DNA of 56,253 bases from Sphaerobacter sp. (lineage in GTDB: Bacteria > Chloroflexota > Chloroflexia > Thermomicrobiales > Thermomicrobiaceae): positions 1-56,253 of the forward strand of contig JASBVL010000060.1 in assembly GCA_029961075.1 (NCBI GenBank). Reading direction: 5' to 3'. The notes beneath the pieces are model-generated. The model saw only the letters and a list, made by a program, of their open reading frames with translations. It ran no database searches and was not told the DNA's origin. This document shows, one piece after another, positions 41,879 through 52,047 of the stretch; position 1 is the first letter of the stretch; every line of letters starts with the position of its first letter. The translations under genes were made by a program, and so were the position numbers.

Positions 41879-42220
41879 TCAGCGCGCGGCGTCCCCGTCG
41901 CGCAGCGTCCCGGTCAGCCGCGCCAGCGCGTCGCTCATCACCTCCACCAGGCGGGCCTCCGGCGCGGCGTCCTCGGTCAGCGCGACCAGCATCAACTCGT
42001 CCCCCACCACGACGTGCAGCGCGCCGCCGGGCACGTCGATCCGGCCGCTCCGCTCGCCCCGCCGGCGCATGAGCTGCGCCAGCGCCGACCCCGAGGCGGC
42101 CACCAGCTCGGCGTCGTCCCCGTCCAATCCGGCCGTGGCGACGACCAGCCCGTCGACCGTGGTGGCGACCACGCTCAGGACCTCGTGGTAGTCGAGCAGC
42201 GCCAGGAGGTGTTGCTCCAT
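41879..42220 (-). CDS. Roadblock/LC7 (MglB-like) domain protein.
   Basis: 113 aa. VVATTVDGLVVATAG...LMLVALT pattern. It lies 5 nt downstream of the TPR gene. Confidence 0.7.
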   Translation of the reverse strand: MEQHLLALLDYHEVLSVVATTVDGLVVATAGLDGDDAELVAASGSALAQLMRRRGERSGRIDVPGGALHVVVGDELMLVALTEDAAPEARLVEVMSDALARLTGTLRDGDAAR

Positions 42221-42224
42221 CGGC

Positions 42225-44489
42225 TCAGCCCCTGCGGTCGCGGCGCGCCCGCGACACGGCCAGGCTGTAGTGCCGGGACGCGAGGTGCACCTCGCCGCGC
42301 TTACGGTAGATCGCGCCCAGCAACCGGTGCGCCGCGATCGCGGCCTCCGGGTCGGCCGCCGTGATCCGGGTCAGCCCGTGGATCAGCCGCTCGGCGTCGT
42401 CCGCCGGATGGCGGTACAGCCACTGGTACTGCTCCAGCGCCGCGCCGGCCTGCCCGGCGTCGACCAGCGCCTCGGCCAGCGCGAACCGCGCCGCGACATC
42501 CGTCGGCTGCTGGCGCACCGCCGCGGCCAGCGCCGCCAGATCCGCCCCCACCGGCGCCGCGGGCGCGGTGGCCGTCGGCCCGGCGTCGGGCGCCTCCGCG
42601 GCCGGGGCCAGCGACCGGTCGCCCGCCACCTGGCCGGCGGCGATCAGCGCCGCCTTCGCCGTCCGCGCCCGCTCGACCAGCTCCGGGTCCATCCCCAGCC
42701 GCTCGATCGCGCCGCTCACCGCGCCCGCATCCAGCGCGCGCTCGGCCGACGCGTCCGGCTCGGCGGCCGTCTCATCCTCCGCGAGGATGGCCAGGTCCGC
42801 CTCAGCCAGCGGCACCGCGGCCGCCTCGGCGGTGCTGGCCACGCTCTCGTCCGCGGTCTCGGGGACCGGCACCCACGCCGCCAGCGCGTCGAGGTCGTCC
42901 ATCTCCGGCGGCGCCGCTGCCGGCGCGTCGGTGTCCACCGGCGACACGTCCGGTCGCGTCCGCTGGAAGAAGGGGATCTCCTCGTCGTCGAAGGTGAAGG
43001 GCTCCACGCCGGCCGCGGCCAGGCTGCGCAGCTCGTCGGTATAGCCCCGCGGTGTCTCCCCGGGGATCGCGTCGCGAATCTCCTCGTCGATCGCGTCCCA
43101 ATCGCTCGACACCGACTCCGCGGTCCCCGCGGCGGGCTCGGGCGGCGCGGCCGGCTCGTCCGGCGTCCCCGCCAGATGGAACGGCGCCAGCCCACGCTCC
43201 TCCAGCGACTGGAGGATCGTGGTGAACCCCGCGAGCTGCGGCTCGTCCGGCCGCGCGGCCTCGATCTCCCGATCGCTCGGGATGGCGAACAGCGCCGCGA
43301 GGTCCTCGTCACGCGGCGGCGCGGCCACGTCCGGCTCCGCCACATCCAGCTCCGCCGCGGCGGGCGCCGGCGGGGTGGCGTCGACGTCCTGGCCGTCCGT
43401 CACCCACGGCGGGGCGACGTCGGCCGCGGCGTCGAAGTCCTCCGCGGCGAACGGCTCGAGGCCGCTATCCTCCAGGGATCGCAGCAGGCCGGTATAGCCA
43501 GCCGTGGAGATCTCCTCCGGCCGTGCCGCTTCGACCTCCTGGTCGGTCGGCAGCGCGAGATCGACGGGCGCGGGCGGCGGCGACGGCGCGGCGGCGCGCG
43601 CCTCCACCATGAGATCAGGCGGCGGAGGTGGCGCGTCGGCGTGCTCCTCCACCATCAAGAAATCAGGCGCCGGCCCGATGCGCGGCAGCGCCGTCTCGAC
43701 GACCGGCGCGGCGACCTCGTCCACCAGCAGCGGCTCGGCCGGGATGAAGAAGTCGAGGCCGTCCGCGGAGGCCAGCAGCTCGGCCGCGCGCGCCCCGGTC
43801 GGATCGAGCGCCCGGGCGCGGTCGCGCAGCGCGGCGGCCGCCGACTGGTTGCCGCGGCGCCGCTCGATGTCCGCCAGCAGGAGCAGCGCGCCGAGCGCCC
43901 CGGGCCCCGCCGTCTGATCGAGAACGGCCCGGCAGGCGGCCGCCGCGCGGTCCCACTCGCCGCGGCGCCAGAGCGCCTGGGCCAGCCGCAGCCGGACATC
44001 GACCCGGGAGGGATACTCGGCGAGCACGGCGGCGCACTCCGCCACGGCGCGGCCCCAGCGCCCGGCCTGGTAGTGGAGCGAGGCGAGGCCGGCTCGCGTG
44101 AGCTGCAGGCGGCCGTCCGGGCCGTAGGTCTCGCGCGCCAGCCGCATGACGCACTCGCGCAGCTCGCCCTGGGCGGGAGCGATCTCCCAGGCGGCCTGGT
44201 AGTAGGCCAGGGCCGCCTGCACGTCCTGGTGCTCCTCGGCGATGCGGCCGAGCCCGACGTAGGCGGCCACGCACTGCGGGTCGCGCAGCAGCGCCGCGGC
44301 GAAGGCGCGCTCGGCCTCCGCGCGCTCCCGCTGCGCGAGATGGGCCTCCCCCATCAGCCGGTGGGCCGCCACACAGTCCGGATACTGCTGGAGGATGCGG
44401 CGGCAGGCCGCGATGGCCCGCCCGGTGTCGCCCTCGCTGAGGGCGTTCTGCGCTTGGTCGAGGAGCTCTGGCAGTGGCAGCGCCGGCAT
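42225..44489 (-). CDS. TPR-repeat protein with a central acidic, proline-rich low-complexity region that carries three internal repeats of about 35 aa.
   Basis: N- and C-terminal TPR units (AYYQAAWEIAP..., ALEQYQWLY...). Internal repeats AGYTGLLRSLEDSGLEPF, AGFTTILQSLEERGLAPF and GYTDELRSLAAAGVEPF. Confidence 0.72.
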   Translation of the reverse strand: MPALPLPELLDQAQNALSEGDTGRAIAACRRILQQYPDCVAAHRLMGEAHLAQRERAEAERAFAAALLRDPQCVAAYVGLGRIAEEHQDVQAALAYYQAAWEIAPAQGELRECVMRLARETYGPDGRLQLTRAGLASLHYQAGRWGRAVAECAAVLAEYPSRVDVRLRLAQALWRRGEWDRAAAACRAVLDQTAGPGALGALLLLADIERRRGNQSAAAALRDRARALDPTGARAAELLASADGLDFFIPAEPLLVDEVAAPVVETALPRIGPAPDFLMVEEHADAPPPPPDLMVEARAAAPSPPPAPVDLALPTDQEVEAARPEEISTAGYTGLLRSLEDSGLEPFAAEDFDAAADVAPPWVTDGQDVDATPPAPAAAELDVAEPDVAAPPRDEDLAALFAIPSDREIEAARPDEPQLAGFTTILQSLEERGLAPFHLAGTPDEPAAPPEPAAGTAESVSSDWDAIDEEIRDAIPGETPRGYTDELRSLAAAGVEPFTFDDEEIPFFQRTRPDVSPVDTDAPAAAPPEMDDLDALAAWVPVPETADESVASTAEAAAVPLAEADLAILAEDETAAEPDASAERALDAGAVSGAIERLGMDPELVERARTAKAALIAAGQVAGDRSLAPAAEAPDAGPTATAPAAPVGADLAALAAAVRQQPTDVAARFALAEALVDAGQAGAALEQYQWLYRHPADDAERLIHGLTRITAADPEAAIAAHRLLGAIYRKRGEVHLASRHYSLAVSRARRDRRG

Positions 44490-44793
44490 GTCACCCTCGA
44501 TTCTCTGGCACCGATGGTCGTTCCGCGATCGCCGTCGTCAGCTCTGCCCCGCCGCGTCCGTCACGCACACGATGGCTTCCGCTCCGCAGCCGGCGTATGG
44601 GCAAGTATAGGGAGCGGGCGGAACGTACCTCAACGCTCAACCGATAGCCCAATACTCCCAAATGGCATCCCACCCCGGCGCCACGCCGCCTGGCACCCGG
44701 GGTGCGTCGCACCAGCCTACGCCGGTGCGCATGCTATGCTGTGCCGCGGCGACGGCCCGGCACCGTGCCACGCCCGAGAGAGGAGCACGCCCG

Positions 44794-45765
44794 ATGGCTG
44801 ACCCGCTGGACCCGCTCGGCGTCCTGTCGACCACCCGGCGCGTGGTCGAGCGCGCCCGCTTCGTCCGGATCGACGCGGACGCGGTCGCCCAGACCGCGGC
44901 GGCGCTCGTCGACCAGCAGGTCGCGCCGCCGGACTGGAGCCACGAGCTACACTGGAGCGACGGTCGCGAGGCGCTGGCCAACTACATCCTGGTGCTGGAC
45001 GCGACCAACTTCTGCTTCTGGGGCGAGCCGCGCTGGCGCGTCGCGTATCGCGGCCGCCGCTACGACGGGTACTGGGCCCTGGCGGCGGCCCTGAAGCGGG
45101 CGCTCGAGCGCGGCGTGCCGCTCACCGACGCCGGCTACCTCGCCGCGATCAGCCGGGACGAGGTGGCGTCCATCTTCGCTGGCGAGGGGGAGATCCCCCT
45201 GCTCGACGAGCGCGTCGCCATCCTGCAGGAGACCGGCCGCGTCCTGCGAGACCGCTACGCCGGTCGCTTCTCGCAGGCCATCGAGCAGGCCGGCCGCAGC
45301 GCGGTCTCGCTGGTCCGCATCATCGCCGAGGACTTCCCCTCCTTCCGCGACGTGGCGTACTACGATGGCGAGCCGGTGTACTTCTACAAGCGGGCCCAGA
45401 TCCTGGTCGGCGACCTTGCCGGCGCGTTCGGCGGCCGCGACCTCGGGGCGTTCGAGGACCTCGACGCGTTGACGGCCTTCGCCGACTACAAGGTGCCGCA
45501 GGTCCTCCACCACCTCGGCATGCTCCGCTACGCACCCGAGCTGCGGGACCGCCTGGCGCGCCGGGCGCTGCTCCCGGCCGGGAGCCCCGAGGAGGTCGAG
45601 ATCCGGGCCGCGACGATCTGGGGGGTCGAGGCGCTGCGCCGCGCGCTCGCCGAGCGCGGCCGTCCGCTGGCGGCGTACCAGGTGGACTGGCTGCTCTGGA
45701 ATGCCGGCCAAAGCCTCCCGGCCGACGCGCTCCCCTACCACCGCACGCGCACGATCTTCTATTGA
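44794..45765 (+). CDS. Queuosine-salvage family protein (DUF2419/Qng1-like).
   Basis: YILVLDATNFCFWGE and YKVPQVLHHLGML are characteristic. RBS AGAGGAG. Confidence 0.65.
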   Translation: MADPLDPLGVLSTTRRVVERARFVRIDADAVAQTAAALVDQQVAPPDWSHELHWSDGREALANYILVLDATNFCFWGEPRWRVAYRGRRYDGYWALAAALKRALERGVPLTDAGYLAAISRDEVASIFAGEGEIPLLDERVAILQETGRVLRDRYAGRFSQAIEQAGRSAVSLVRIIAEDFPSFRDVAYYDGEPVYFYKRAQILVGDLAGAFGGRDLGAFEDLDALTAFADYKVPQVLHHLGMLRYAPELRDRLARRALLPAGSPEEVEIRAATIWGVEALRRALAERGRPLAAYQVDWLLWNAGQSLPADALPYHRTRTIFY

Positions 45766-46054
45766 CCCCGATCCCCCGCCAGGACACGCCGCGGGTCGGT
45801 CCGGGGATATCTCTCTCTTTGTTGTGTATGGATACTCGTCGTGAGCCGTAGGGGCTGTGGGTGATGGGGAAAAGCGGCAGAATCCGCGTCTGGACGCGGC
45901 TCTTGGGGTTAGGGGCACTGGGGATAAACCGTCCACGATTCCCCGCCGGGACGGGGATGGCCGGTGTGACTTCCCCGTCACGGCCCGAGCTGTCCCAGGG
46001 CTGCCCACGCCGCAGCGGGCGCTATCCCCAGCCGCTGGCGGGGTGTGCACAGCG

Positions 46055-46104
46055 TCATCCACAATCCGGGGGAGTTATCCACAACGAGCGGGACGTTTTC
46101 CACA
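46055..46104 (+). promoter_or_regulatory. Three direct DnaA-box-like 9-mers at 20-21-bp spacing. TCATCCACA is at 46055, TTATCCACA (perfect consensus) at 46075 and TTTTCCACA at 46096. A complementary-strand TGGGGATAA lies at about 45919.
   Basis: Match to TTATCCACA. They lie in a 420-bp intergenic region that also contains an AT-rich patch at 45786-45815. Confidence 0.5.
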
Positions 46105-46183
46105 GCCCGCGTGCCGGCCGCCGGCCGTCGTGACCCGATGGCACCGTCGCCGGCGCGGGGTGGGAGCGAGGAGGGAGCGAGCC

Positions 46184-46672
46184 ATGCTGGAGCCACGACC
46201 CTATACGCCGGCGGAGCTGCTGGCCTGGTGCCGGCTGACCGCGCTGACGCTCACCGGGCTGGCCCTGGCCTACACCCGCGAGCGGGAGGGGACCGTCGAC
46301 GGGTTCGTGGCGTATGCCGCCGCGCGCCTGGGCGAGACCTGGGGGGCGCTGGGGACGCCGGGGGTGGAGGCGACCACCCTGCTGCTCCAGCTCAGCGCGG
46401 AGGCCCTGGGCGGCGACGTGCGCTCGCGGGCGATGACGGCCGAGGAGGGCGAGGTGCTGATCTCCGGCCTGCCCGGCGACGGCCTCTGCCAGGCGCTGGA
46501 GGACCACTTCGACATGGCGCTGACGGTGGACGACATCCTGGCCGTGGCCGGGGCCAGCCAGGAGGAGCTGAACCGGCTCTACGACGTGCTCGGGGGCATC
46601 GTGGCCGGTGCCGGCTACGTCTACGATCGGGAGCTGGAGGGGGACGACCAGCGCCTGACGGTGCGCGCCTAA
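46184..46672 (+). CDS. Hypothetical protein, 162 aa.
   Basis: ATG preceded by GAGGAGGGAG. Protein-like composition. Confidence 0.5.
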   Translation: MLEPRPYTPAELLAWCRLTALTLTGLALAYTREREGTVDGFVAYAAARLGETWGALGTPGVEATTLLLQLSAEALGGDVRSRAMTAEEGEVLISGLPGDGLCQALEDHFDMALTVDDILAVAGASQEELNRLYDVLGGIVAGAGYVYDRELEGDDQRLTVRA

Positions 46673-48366
46673 CCGCGCGTCAGGATCTCGATCTGGACGC
46701 CCGCGTCGACGCGCCGGGCGGTGCGCCAGAGGGACAGGGCCGCGACCCCTAGCCCGATCGCGAGCAGCCAGAGCACGCCCAGGCCGACCGCGACCGCGGT
46801 GCGCTCGATCTTGAGGCGCACGGCCGCGAGCAGCACCCGCGCGACCAGACCGGCCACGCCCGACGCATCCGACGCGGCCGTGGCCAGCACCGGCTCCAGG
46901 CCGACCGGGATCGTCGTCAGCAGGGCCGGGACCAGCGCCACCAGCAGGTACACCGCGGAGAGCGCCAGCAGGAGGTACCCGGTGCCGGGCCGCAGGCGGT
47001 TGTGGGGGTGCTGGGGATCGTAGCGGGCGCCGATCGTGCCCGTCCACATCCCCAGCGCCAGGGCGCCGGTCAGCAGGACCACGACCACGCCGGTCCCCGC
47101 CGCGGTCATCGGCAGTGACCAGCCGAAGGCGAGCGCGGCGATGAGGTCGACCGCGACGACGAAGGCCGCCATGGCGCTCCAGGAGACGAGGAACTTCGCC
47201 AGCGTGATCTGCCAGCCGGAGAGCGGCGCGGTGCGCAGCACCCAGGCCGCCAGGCCGTCGCGGGCGAAGGCCCCCGCGGCGAAGGAGGGGCCGAAGAAGA
47301 GGACGATCGCGAGCAGGCTCCCCTGGGCCAGGAGCCAGGCCATGGTCGGGTTCTCGCGGGCCAAGCCGGCACGGTCCCCGAGGGTGAGCTGGAACAGGCT
47401 GACGCCGAACAAGACCAGCATCGGCAGGAAGGCCATCCACTCGCGCACGTCGCGCCGCAGCATGGTCATCTCCTTGGCGGCGACGGCGAGGGTCGGCCCC
47501 GTCAGCCGGGCGCCGGTCGTGGCGCGCCGGCGTGCCGGGCGCTTCCGTGCGGCCCCCTCGCTGAGGCGCACCCAGCCGAGCCGGAAGCCGCGCTCCACCA
47601 GCGTCAGCGAGAGCAGGAGCAGCGCGCCGCTCACGGCGACGACCGCCAGCCCGAGGGCGATGCCGATCGGGTCGGCGCGCGCGGCCCGCTCGAGCGCGAT
47701 CGCGCCCCAGGTCGTCGGGAGCCAGACGGGCGGCATCGGCAGCACATCGGTCGCCCCCTCCAGCCGGTCGCCGAAGCGGAACACCTGCCCACCCAGGCCG
47801 ACGACCAGGCCGGTCAGCGCCTGAACGACGCCCATGACCTGCGCGATCCGGTTGCGCGGCAGCACGCGCACCAGGGCCAGGGTGACGAGGTAGCAGAAGG
47901 CCACCGCTCCGGCGGCGACGGCCCCGACAATCAGCACGAGCGCCGGATAGTAGGGGGCGCGCACCCCGGCGCCGATGCCGTAGCCGACCAGGGGCACGAG
48001 GATGAGGGGTATGGTGAGGAGATTGCCGACGACGACGGTGTGCGCGTACTTGACCAGGAAGATGCTGCGGGTCGGGATCGGCAGGGTGAAGAGCAGCTCG
48101 ACGTCGCGCGCGGCGTAGAGCTGGCCGTAGACCTGCGGCAGGTCGGCCAGGATGACCAGGATGACGACGGCCGGGAGCGCCAGCGCGGCCAGCGGGCGGA
48201 GGACGTCGAGGGAGCCGGCGCGGCCGACGCCGTAGCCCAGCGCGGTGAACCCGGCCATGGCGCTGAGGGCGACGAGGCCGATGGCGATCAGGGCCAGCAC
48301 TTGGCGCGGGCCGGCCCAGGTGTGCACCCACTGCCGCCACTGGATCCAGAGGAGCAGCCGGGTCAT
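46669..48366 (-). CDS. ABC-2-type exporter permease.
   Basis: Polytopic protein. ATGA overlap with the upstream ATPase gene. Confidence 0.7.
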   Translation of the reverse strand: MTRLLLWIQWRQWVHTWAGPRQVLALIAIGLVALSAMAGFTALGYGVGRAGSLDVLRPLAALALPAVVILVILADLPQVYGQLYAARDVELLFTLPIPTRSIFLVKYAHTVVVGNLLTIPLILVPLVGYGIGAGVRAPYYPALVLIVGAVAAGAVAFCYLVTLALVRVLPRNRIAQVMGVVQALTGLVVGLGGQVFRFGDRLEGATDVLPMPPVWLPTTWGAIALERAARADPIGIALGLAVVAVSGALLLLSLTLVERGFRLGWVRLSEGAARKRPARRRATTGARLTGPTLAVAAKEMTMLRRDVREWMAFLPMLVLFGVSLFQLTLGDRAGLARENPTMAWLLAQGSLLAIVLFFGPSFAAGAFARDGLAAWVLRTAPLSGWQITLAKFLVSWSAMAAFVVAVDLIAALAFGWSLPMTAAGTGVVVVLLTGALALGMWTGTIGARYDPQHPHNRLRPGTGYLLLALSAVYLLVALVPALLTTIPVGLEPVLATAASDASGVAGLVARVLLAAVRLKIERTAVAVGLGVLWLLAIGLGVAALSLWRTARRVDAGVQIEILTRG

Positions 48367-49193
48367 CGGCCGCCGCTCCGCTCTCCCGTCGCCAGCGCCT
48401 GGATCAGCTCGGCCGACTCGGCGCCGCCGGTCAACTGGAGGAAGATGTCTTCGAGCGAGGCCCCGGCGTGGCCGCCCCGCTGGCGCAGCTCATCCAGCGT
48501 GCCGAGCGCGATCAGCTTCCCCTGCTGGATGATCCCGACCCGGTCGCACATCTGCTCCGCGATCTCCAGGATGTGCGTGGTGAGGAAGACCGTCGCCCCG
48601 GCGTCGCAGACCCGGCGCAGGAGCACCTTGAGCGTGCGCGCGCTGCGCGGGTCGAGGCCGACCGTCGGCTCGTCGAGGAAGACGACCGGCGGCTCATGCA
48701 CCAGGGCGGCGCAGATGGCCAGCTTCTGCCGCATGCCGTGGGAGTAGGTCTCGATCAGCTCGTCGACGCGATCCGCCAGCTCGAACAACGCCAGCAGGTC
48801 GCGCGCGCGTCGCTCGAAGAGCGCCTCCGGCATCCGAAACACCGAGCCGATGAAGCGCAGGAACTCCCGGCCGGTCAACTTGGGGAAGAGGCTGGGCTCG
48901 TCGGGCACGTAGGCGAAGCGGGCTTTGGCGGCCAGCGGCTCGCGCCACACGTCGAACCCGGCGACCGCGGCCGTCCCCGCGGTCGGCTCCAGCAGCCCGG
49001 TCAGCATCTTGATCGTGGTGGTCTTGCCCGAGCCGTTCGGCCCGAGGAAGCAGAAGAGCTCGCCGGGCGCGATGGTGAGGTCGAGCTGATCGACGGCGGT
49101 GACGGAGCCGTAGCGCTTGGTCAGGCCGATGGCGCGGATGGCCGGCGCTGCGGCGCGCGATGCCGTCGCGCTGCCGGGGGCGGGTTGCTGCAC
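48363..49193 (-). CDS. ABC transporter ATP-binding protein.
   Basis: Walker A GPNGSGKTT, signature YSHGMRQKL, Walker B VVFLDEPTVGLD. GTG start with GGAGGAGGAG RBS. The track ORF is extended to 49262. Confidence 0.9.
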   Translation of the reverse strand: MQQPAPGSATASRAAAPAIRAIGLTKRYGSVTAVDQLDLTIAPGELFCFLGPNGSGKTTTIKMLTGLLEPTAGTAAVAGFDVWREPLAAKARFAYVPDEPSLFPKLTGREFLRFIGSVFRMPEALFERRARDLLALFELADRVDELIETYSHGMRQKLAICAALVHEPPVVFLDEPTVGLDPRSARTLKVLLRRVCDAGATVFLTTHILEIAEQMCDRVGIIQQGKLIALGTLDELRQRGGHAGASLEDIFLQLTGGAESAELIQALATGERSGGR

Positions 49194-49503
49194 GGTCGGA
49201 CTCCTCCTCCCTTCCTCGCCGTCGCGGCCGGCCCGAGCCGGGGGGCGGTGCCCCGGAGGCAACTATACCGTGTGGCGCCGGCGTCGCCCGGCGGCAGGCA
49301 GGTGGCGTCCGGCTGACGCCGCGCACGCGCGTGTCATCCCGAGCGGCGCCAGGCGCCCGCCGTGGCCTGCGTGTCACCCTGCGCGCCACCCGGCAGATGG
49401 CAGGCGCCGTGTCGTCCGGCACGGCGCGCTCCGGACCACCGGGACGGCGCCGGGCCGCCGCATGTGGGCGCCCGGGACCGGGATCACCACGACGCGGGGC
49501 TGC

Positions 49504-50991
49504 TCACAGCCCGGAACCACCCCTGTGGGCGCTCGGGGCCGGGGCAGGCGCGGTGGGCGGCTGGAGCGGTGCGGAGGCGGGCGCGCCGGACAGGTACGCC
49601 AGGGCCCGCGCGGCGGCGCGCTCGCCGGCGACGATGCAGTCGGGGATGCCGACGCCGCGATAGGCCGCCCCGAGGAGGAGCAGGCCGTGATGCAGCTCCA
49701 GCCGGCGGTCGATGGCCGCCAGCCGGTCGAGGTGGCCGAGGACGTACTGCGGCAGCGCCCGAGGCCAGCGGTAGATGCGCACGAGGACCGGCTCGGCGCG
49801 GAGGCCGAGGATGTCGCGCAGCTCCCCGGTCACCAACGCGCGTAACTGGTCGTCGGGCAGGTCGACCGCCTGCTCGCGCCCGGCGCGTCCTACGAAGCCG
49901 CGCAGGAGGACGAGGTCGTCCGGGGCGCGGTCGGGGAACTTGCTCGACGCCCAGGTGACGGCGGTCAGCTCCCGGTTCTCGATGTGCGGGATGACGAAGC
50001 CCCGCCCGGCGCCGATCTGCGCCACGTCGCTGCGCCGGTAGGCGAGCGAGATGGTGGCGGTCGAGACGTACGGGATGCTGCGCAGCAGGTCGGCCAGCTC
50101 GGCGTCGAGGTCGGCGACCAGCTCGGCGGTCGCCCAGGCAGGGGTGGCCAGCAGGACCGCGTCGGCGGCGACGGCCGTGCCGTCCGCCAGGTGGATCAGG
50201 TAGCCGCCGCCGTCGACGCGCTCGACCGCCGCGGCGGGCGTGCCCAGCCGCCAGTTGATCCCGTCGAGCGACGCGACCAGCGCGTCGATCAGCTCCCCGA
50301 GGCCGCCACGCAGCGAGAGGAACCCGCTGGTGGGGGTGCGGCTGGCCACCGGGGGCGGGGGCGCGGCCCGGCGCTGGGCCAGCATGCCGCGGATCAGGCT
50401 GCCGTAGCGCAGCTCACTCTCGCGCAGGCGCGGGAAGGTGGCGAGGAGACTGAGCTGCTCGGCGTCGCCCGCGTAGATCCCGGACAGGAGCGGCTGCGCC
50501 AGGCGCTCGTACGCCTCCCGGCCGAAGCGGCGGCGGACGAAGCTGGCGACGGACTCGTCCCCCTCGTCTTGTCGCGGCGCGCGGAAGACCTCGGTGAGCA
50601 GGCGCAGCTTGCCGCGCAGGGTGAGCAGGCGGGAGCGGAGGAGGGGCCGGACCTTGGTCGGCACCAGCAGGGTGATCCCCTCCGGCAGCGGCTCCAGGCG
50701 GCCGGCGCGGAGGATGTAGGTGCCGCCGCTCTCGCGCGTCGTGCCGACCAGGCGGTCGCCCAGGCCCAGCACCTCGCAGAGCGCGGCCGCAGCCGGCTTG
50801 GAGGCGAGGAAGGAGTCGGGCCCCGCCTCGATGACCAGCCCGTCCTGCCGCTCGGTCAGGATCTTCCCACCCAGCCGCGACGCGGCCTCGATGAGCGTCA
50901 GCTCGAGCCCGGCGTCGGCCTGCCGCAGCCGGTAGGCAGCGGCCAGCCCGGCGATGCCCCCGCCGACGATCGCGACCCGGCCCGCTGCCAT
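49504..50991 (-). CDS. hemY: Protoporphyrinogen/coproporphyrinogen III oxidase, HemY-type (FAD).
   Basis: VAIVGGGIAGLAAAYRL dinucleotide fold. It is adjacent to hemH. Confidence 0.82.
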   Translation of the reverse strand: MAAGRVAIVGGGIAGLAAAYRLRQADAGLELTLIEAASRLGGKILTERQDGLVIEAGPDSFLASKPAAAALCEVLGLGDRLVGTTRESGGTYILRAGRLEPLPEGITLLVPTKVRPLLRSRLLTLRGKLRLLTEVFRAPRQDEGDESVASFVRRRFGREAYERLAQPLLSGIYAGDAEQLSLLATFPRLRESELRYGSLIRGMLAQRRAAPPPPVASRTPTSGFLSLRGGLGELIDALVASLDGINWRLGTPAAAVERVDGGGYLIHLADGTAVAADAVLLATPAWATAELVADLDAELADLLRSIPYVSTATISLAYRRSDVAQIGAGRGFVIPHIENRELTAVTWASSKFPDRAPDDLVLLRGFVGRAGREQAVDLPDDQLRALVTGELRDILGLRAEPVLVRIYRWPRALPQYVLGHLDRLAAIDRRLELHHGLLLLGAAYRGVGIPDCIVAGERAAARALAYLSGAPASAPLQPPTAPAPAPSAHRGGSGL

Positions 50992-51008
50992 GCGCCTGCC
51001 CCCTTCGC

Positions 51009-52001
51009 TTACACCGTCGCCGCCCCCGGCTGGCCGAGCCGCGCGCGCACCGTGTCAGCGACCGCCCGGCACAGCAGCGGGTGATCGTTCAGGGACGCGG
51101 TCCGCTCCAGCCGCAGCCCGAGCCGCTCGGCCAGCTCCCGCGCCTCGATGTCGATGTCGTACAGCACCTCGACGTGGTCGCAGAGGAAGCCGATCGGCAC
51201 GACCAGGACGTGTCTGATCCCATCCCTGGCCAGCGCCTCCAGGGTCTCCTCCAGCGGCGGGCCGAGCCAGGGCTCGGCCGTCGCCCCGGCGCTCTGGTAG
51301 GCGAAGCACCAGCGCGCGGGCCGCACCACGGCGACCACGGCCTGCACCGAGCTGCGCAGCTCCTCCGGGTAGGGGTCGCCCCACTCGAGGATGCGCTCCG
51401 GCAGGCTGTGGGCGGTGAAGACGAGGGTGACGCGATCGCGCTCCGCCGCGGGGAAGCGCGCCAGCGCCTCCTGGATGCGCTCGGCCACCGCCGCGATGAA
51501 GGCGGGCTGCACCTTCCAGCTCTCGACCGTCAGCACCGGCAGGTCGGCCCCGTGCTCGCGCAGCGCCTCGTCCAACCGCTCCAGGTAGGCGCCGACGCTC
51601 ATGCGGGAGTAGTGCGGCGCCATGACCACCGCGACCAACCGCTCCACGCCGTCGGCCAGGATGTCGGGCACCACCTCGCGGATGTACGGGTGCCAGTGAC
51701 GCATGCCGACGTAGGTGCGGAAGACCGTCCCGGGCGGGGCGGCGGCGTTCAGCTCCCGCTCCACGCCGGCGGCCTGCGCCCGCGTCAGCTCGACGATCGG
51801 CGAGCGCCCGCCGATGCGGCGGTAGCGCTCGGTGAGCTCCTCCAGCAGCTCGGCGGAGTAGGGGCGGCCTCCCCGCACGTCGCTGAGGTAGGCGGGGATG
51901 TCCTCCAGGGAATTGGGCCCGCCGTAGGCCATCAGCAGCACGCCGATGCGCGACGGCGCGCGGCCCCCGTCCGTCCGGTGCGACTCGTGCATTCGGGTCA
52001 T
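51009..52001 (-). CDS. hemH: Ferrochelatase (or coproporphyrin ferrochelatase).
   Basis: IGVLLMAYGGP ... HSLPERI ... DHVEVLYD conserved blocks. RBS GGAGAG. Confidence 0.9.
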   Translation of the reverse strand: MTRMHESHRTDGGRAPSRIGVLLMAYGGPNSLEDIPAYLSDVRGGRPYSAELLEELTERYRRIGGRSPIVELTRAQAAGVERELNAAAPPGTVFRTYVGMRHWHPYIREVVPDILADGVERLVAVVMAPHYSRMSVGAYLERLDEALREHGADLPVLTVESWKVQPAFIAAVAERIQEALARFPAAERDRVTLVFTAHSLPERILEWGDPYPEELRSSVQAVVAVVRPARWCFAYQSAGATAEPWLGPPLEETLEALARDGIRHVLVVPIGFLCDHVEVLYDIDIEARELAERLGLRLERTASLNDHPLLCRAVADTVRARLGQPGAATV

Positions 52002-52047
52002 CTCTCCACTGCTCACTCGGTCCCGTGCCCGCTCGTGCCCCCGCGGC

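Noticed and set aside
44500-44793. preQ1 riboswitch upstream of the queuosine-salvage gene
   Set aside because: No hairpin plus A-rich tail matching preQ1-I, and nothing resembling preQ1-II or III could be traced.
45766-46183. Chromosomal replication origin
   Set aside because: Only 3-4 DnaA boxes. dnaA and dnaN are not adjacent. Flanking gene orientation does not diverge from this point. Kept as a DnaA-box regulatory cluster instead.
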